Below are positions 62,102 through 64,000 of a DNA stretch of 64,000 nt, in pieces. Numbering within the stretch: the first letter of the stretch is position 1; every line of letters starts with the position of its first letter. The stretch covers positions 23,746,001 through 23,810,000 of the forward strand of contig OX442314.1 of the NCBI GenBank assembly GCA_949358305.1, written 5' to 3'. The position numbers and the translations under genes were made by a program. This DNA comes from Strigamia acuminata (lineage: Eukaryota). The notes below the pieces were generated by a model, which ran no database searches, was not told the origin of the DNA, and saw nothing but the letters and a program-made list of their open reading frames with translations.

Positions 62102-64000
62102 GTCTTCGGCTTCTGGAGCAATGTCGGGAAGTGGTATCAAGTGAAATCGGTTCCGTCGGATCGTTCTCTTATCGGTTTCGACGATGTATGATCGGGGTGA
62201 TGTATCGAGTTGTTTTATACGTCCTTCGCGTCGTAGATCGGTGATCCAAACAGTTTCGCCGATTTTTAGTGGATGTAGTTCTCGTACGCCGTGGTGTCTG
62301 TCGTAATTCGTTTTCTGTGTTTTCCGTCTGTTTTCTTCCTTCTGGCGTAACGTTGATTCGTTCGGTGTTTTCGGATTTAATTTCGAGCTGATGATAGGGA
62401 CTGACAAATTTCGAATAGCTCTTCCGTTCAGCAGTTCGGCTGGTGAAAATCCGTTTGCAAGAGGAGTTGCGCGGTAAAGCTGCAGTGCGCGATAGCCGTC
62501 ATCCGCTTTTTTCAAGCTTCGTTTTATGATTTTCACCGCTGCTTCGACGAATCCGTTACTTTGAGGAAATCCGGGGCTACTCGTGACGTGAGTAAATTGC
62601 CATTCTTTGGCGAACGTCCGAAATTCCGAATTCAATAATGGTCCAAAATGTGTTCCGTTGTCGCTGTAGACGACTTCGGGCGATCCTTGTTCCGAAAATA
62701 AAGATTTTAAATGCGTTATTGTCGTTTTCTCGTGAAGGCTTGTCATCGGAAAAATAAATGGAAATCGTGAGAAGTAATCGGTAACGAGGAGATACCATTT
62801 GTTCTCCAGTTTAAATAAATCCATCGCAATCTTTTGCCATGGTCGCTTTGGAAATTCGGATGGCATCAACGGCTCGTGTTGATTATTCGTCTCCTTGATG
62901 CATTCGGGACAGGTTTTAATCAATTCTTCAAGCTGCGTCGACAAACCTGGCCACCAAACCGATTGTTTTGCCAAGGCTCTGCATTTAGTTATTCCAAGAT
63001 GGGCGCCGTGAATTTTTGCTAACATTTCCTTCTGGAGAGCCGCCGGAATCACGATACGAGACGCTTTGAGCAAAATTCCGTCATCAACAGTGAGATCCGT
63101 TCGATGTTGCCAATAGTCTTTAACGAGTGCGGGAACTTCGTTTTTTGGCGGCCAATAATGTTGTGAAAATCTGATGAGATGTCTGCAAATTTCGTCTTCT
63201 TGCTGTGTTTTCGTGATTTGTTGTAGACGTTCGTCCGTGGCTGGAAGTGATCTGGTCACCAAATGTACGTACGCGACTATTTCTTGGTCTAGATCGTAAT
63301 CGCCCTCCGTTCTTTCGATTGGTCGGCGAGAGAGAGCGTCGGCGAGTCCCAAATCTTTTCCCGCGATGTGAACCACTGTATAGGCATGACGCTGGAGTCG
63401 TAACCGCATTCTCTGGAGTTTCGGGGTTAATTCGTCGAGTGGTTTGGTCATGAAGATCGGAACCAGCGGCTTGTGATCGGTTTCTAATCGGATCGGGATG
63501 CCTGTAATAAAATCTTGAAAACGGTCGCATGCCCAGGTAAGTGCGTATCCCTCTTTATCGATCTGTGCCCACTTAGTTTGAGCCGATGTGAATGTCTTCG
63601 CTGCGTATGCAATAGGCCGAAACTCGCCGCTATCTTGTTTTTGTTTTAACACGGCTCCAACCCCGTAACTTGATGCGTCGGAGGAGATTACAGTTTCTCG
63701 TTTCGGGTCGAACCAAGCGAGGACGGGTTTTGCTGATAATGCGAGTTTCAGTTTTTCGAACGCTTCGTTTTGTATCGGGCTCCACAAGTATTCGTTTTTC
63801 TCTCGTAGTAAATCGTTTAGTGGGTGTGCTAACGTAGCTAGGTGTGGAATAAAACGCCCTAAGTAATTGATTGTACCGAGAAAACTACGAAGTTCCGATT
63901 TGTTTTGTGGCGCAGGCATTTTAGCTATCGCCTCAATTCGATCGTCGTCGATGTGTACCCCTTCCGAATCGATAATATGGCCCAAAAACTTGATGCTTGT
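62081..64000 (-). CDS. pol: Gypsy pol polyprotein, partial (RT C-terminus, RNase H, integrase); the original C-terminus ran to 61486
   Basis: LRSFLGTINY; RNase H SDASSYGVGAVL and ETDHKPL; integrase zinc-binding H..H..C..C; DDE core KIAMDLF, SDNG, QSNGFVE. Confidence 0.92.
   Translation of the reverse strand, partial: TSIKFLGHIIDSEGVHIDDDRIEAIAKMPAPQNKSELRSFLGTINYLGRFIPHLATLAHPLNDLLREKNEYLWSPIQNEAFEKLKLALSAKPVLAWFDPKRETVISSDASSYGVGAVLKQKQDSGEFRPIAYAAKTFTSAQTKWAQIDKEGYALTWACDRFQDFITGIPIRLETDHKPLVPIFMTKPLDELTPKLQRMRLRLQRHAYTVVHIAGKDLGLADALSRRPIERTEGDYDLDQEIVAYVHLVTRSLPATDERLQQITKTQQEDEICRHLIRFSQHYWPPKNEVPALVKDYWQHRTDLTVDDGILLKASRIVIPAALQKEMLAKIHGAHLGITKCRALAKQSVWWPGLSTQLEELIKTCPECIKETNNQHEPLMPSEFPKRPWQKIAMDLFKLENKWYLLVTDYFSRFPFIFPMTSLHEKTTITHLKSLFSEQGSPEVVYSDNGTHFGPLLNSEFRTFAKEWQFTHVTSSPGFPQSNGFVEAAVKIIKRSLKKADDGYRALQLYRATPLANGFSPAELLNGRAIRNLSVPIISSKLNPKTPNESTLRQKEENRRKTQKTNYDRHHGVRELHPLKIGETVWITDLRREGRIKQLDTSPRSYIVETDKRTIRRNRFHLIPLPDIAPEAEDQRGALA

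Larger units (their letters stand above)
61326..64000 (-). mobile_element. Ty3/Gypsy LTR retrotransposon, 3' part: pol, polypurine tract (about 61470-61480) and short 3' LTR (about 61326-61469)
   Basis: RT-RNase H-integrase order; on the minus strand AAAAGGGGAGA is followed by TGTGT...ACACA with an internal AATAAA. Confidence 0.9.

Noticed and set aside
62577..63530. Alternative-frame and antisense ORFs over pol; similar shadow ORFs over DEG/ENaC exons (e.g. 37771-37962, 41614-41820)
   Set aside because: Shadow ORFs of real coding sequence with no independent support.
1..64000. tRNA, rRNA or other structured RNA genes; species assignment
   Set aside because: None recognisable by eye; gene content fits an invertebrate but does not identify the taxon.

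Overview
AT-rich animal (invertebrate-type) genomic DNA with many short GT-AG introns; the species cannot be determined from the window. There are two tandem gene arrays. (1) About 1-34 kb: seven head-to-tail astacin (M12A) metalloprotease genes with signal peptide, short prodomain, astacin, EGF-like and CUB domains (11 exons; the first copy is cut by the window edge), plus an orphan exon. Interleaved on the minus strand are an alpha-1,2-fucosyltransferase (GT11) gene, a remnant of a second one, and a Neuralized-domain (NHR) pseudogene. (2) About 35-61 kb: three DEG/ENaC-family genes plus a fourth 3' fragment. Each gene encodes TWO DEG/ENaC modules in one reading frame (TM1-ectodomain-TM2-linker-TM1-ectodomain-TM2; about 828 aa by manual splicing of gene A). 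The module junction lies inside a single exon and is conserved in a divergent paralog. This natural concatemer of a normally trimeric channel subunit is the most novel signal. Gene B carries an 11-nt frameshift deletion. The window is dense in MITEs, solo LTRs and other transposon relics and ends in a Ty3/Gypsy element whose integrase tail is interrupted by a hAT MITE. All exon models were spliced by eye and coordinates may be off by a few bases.
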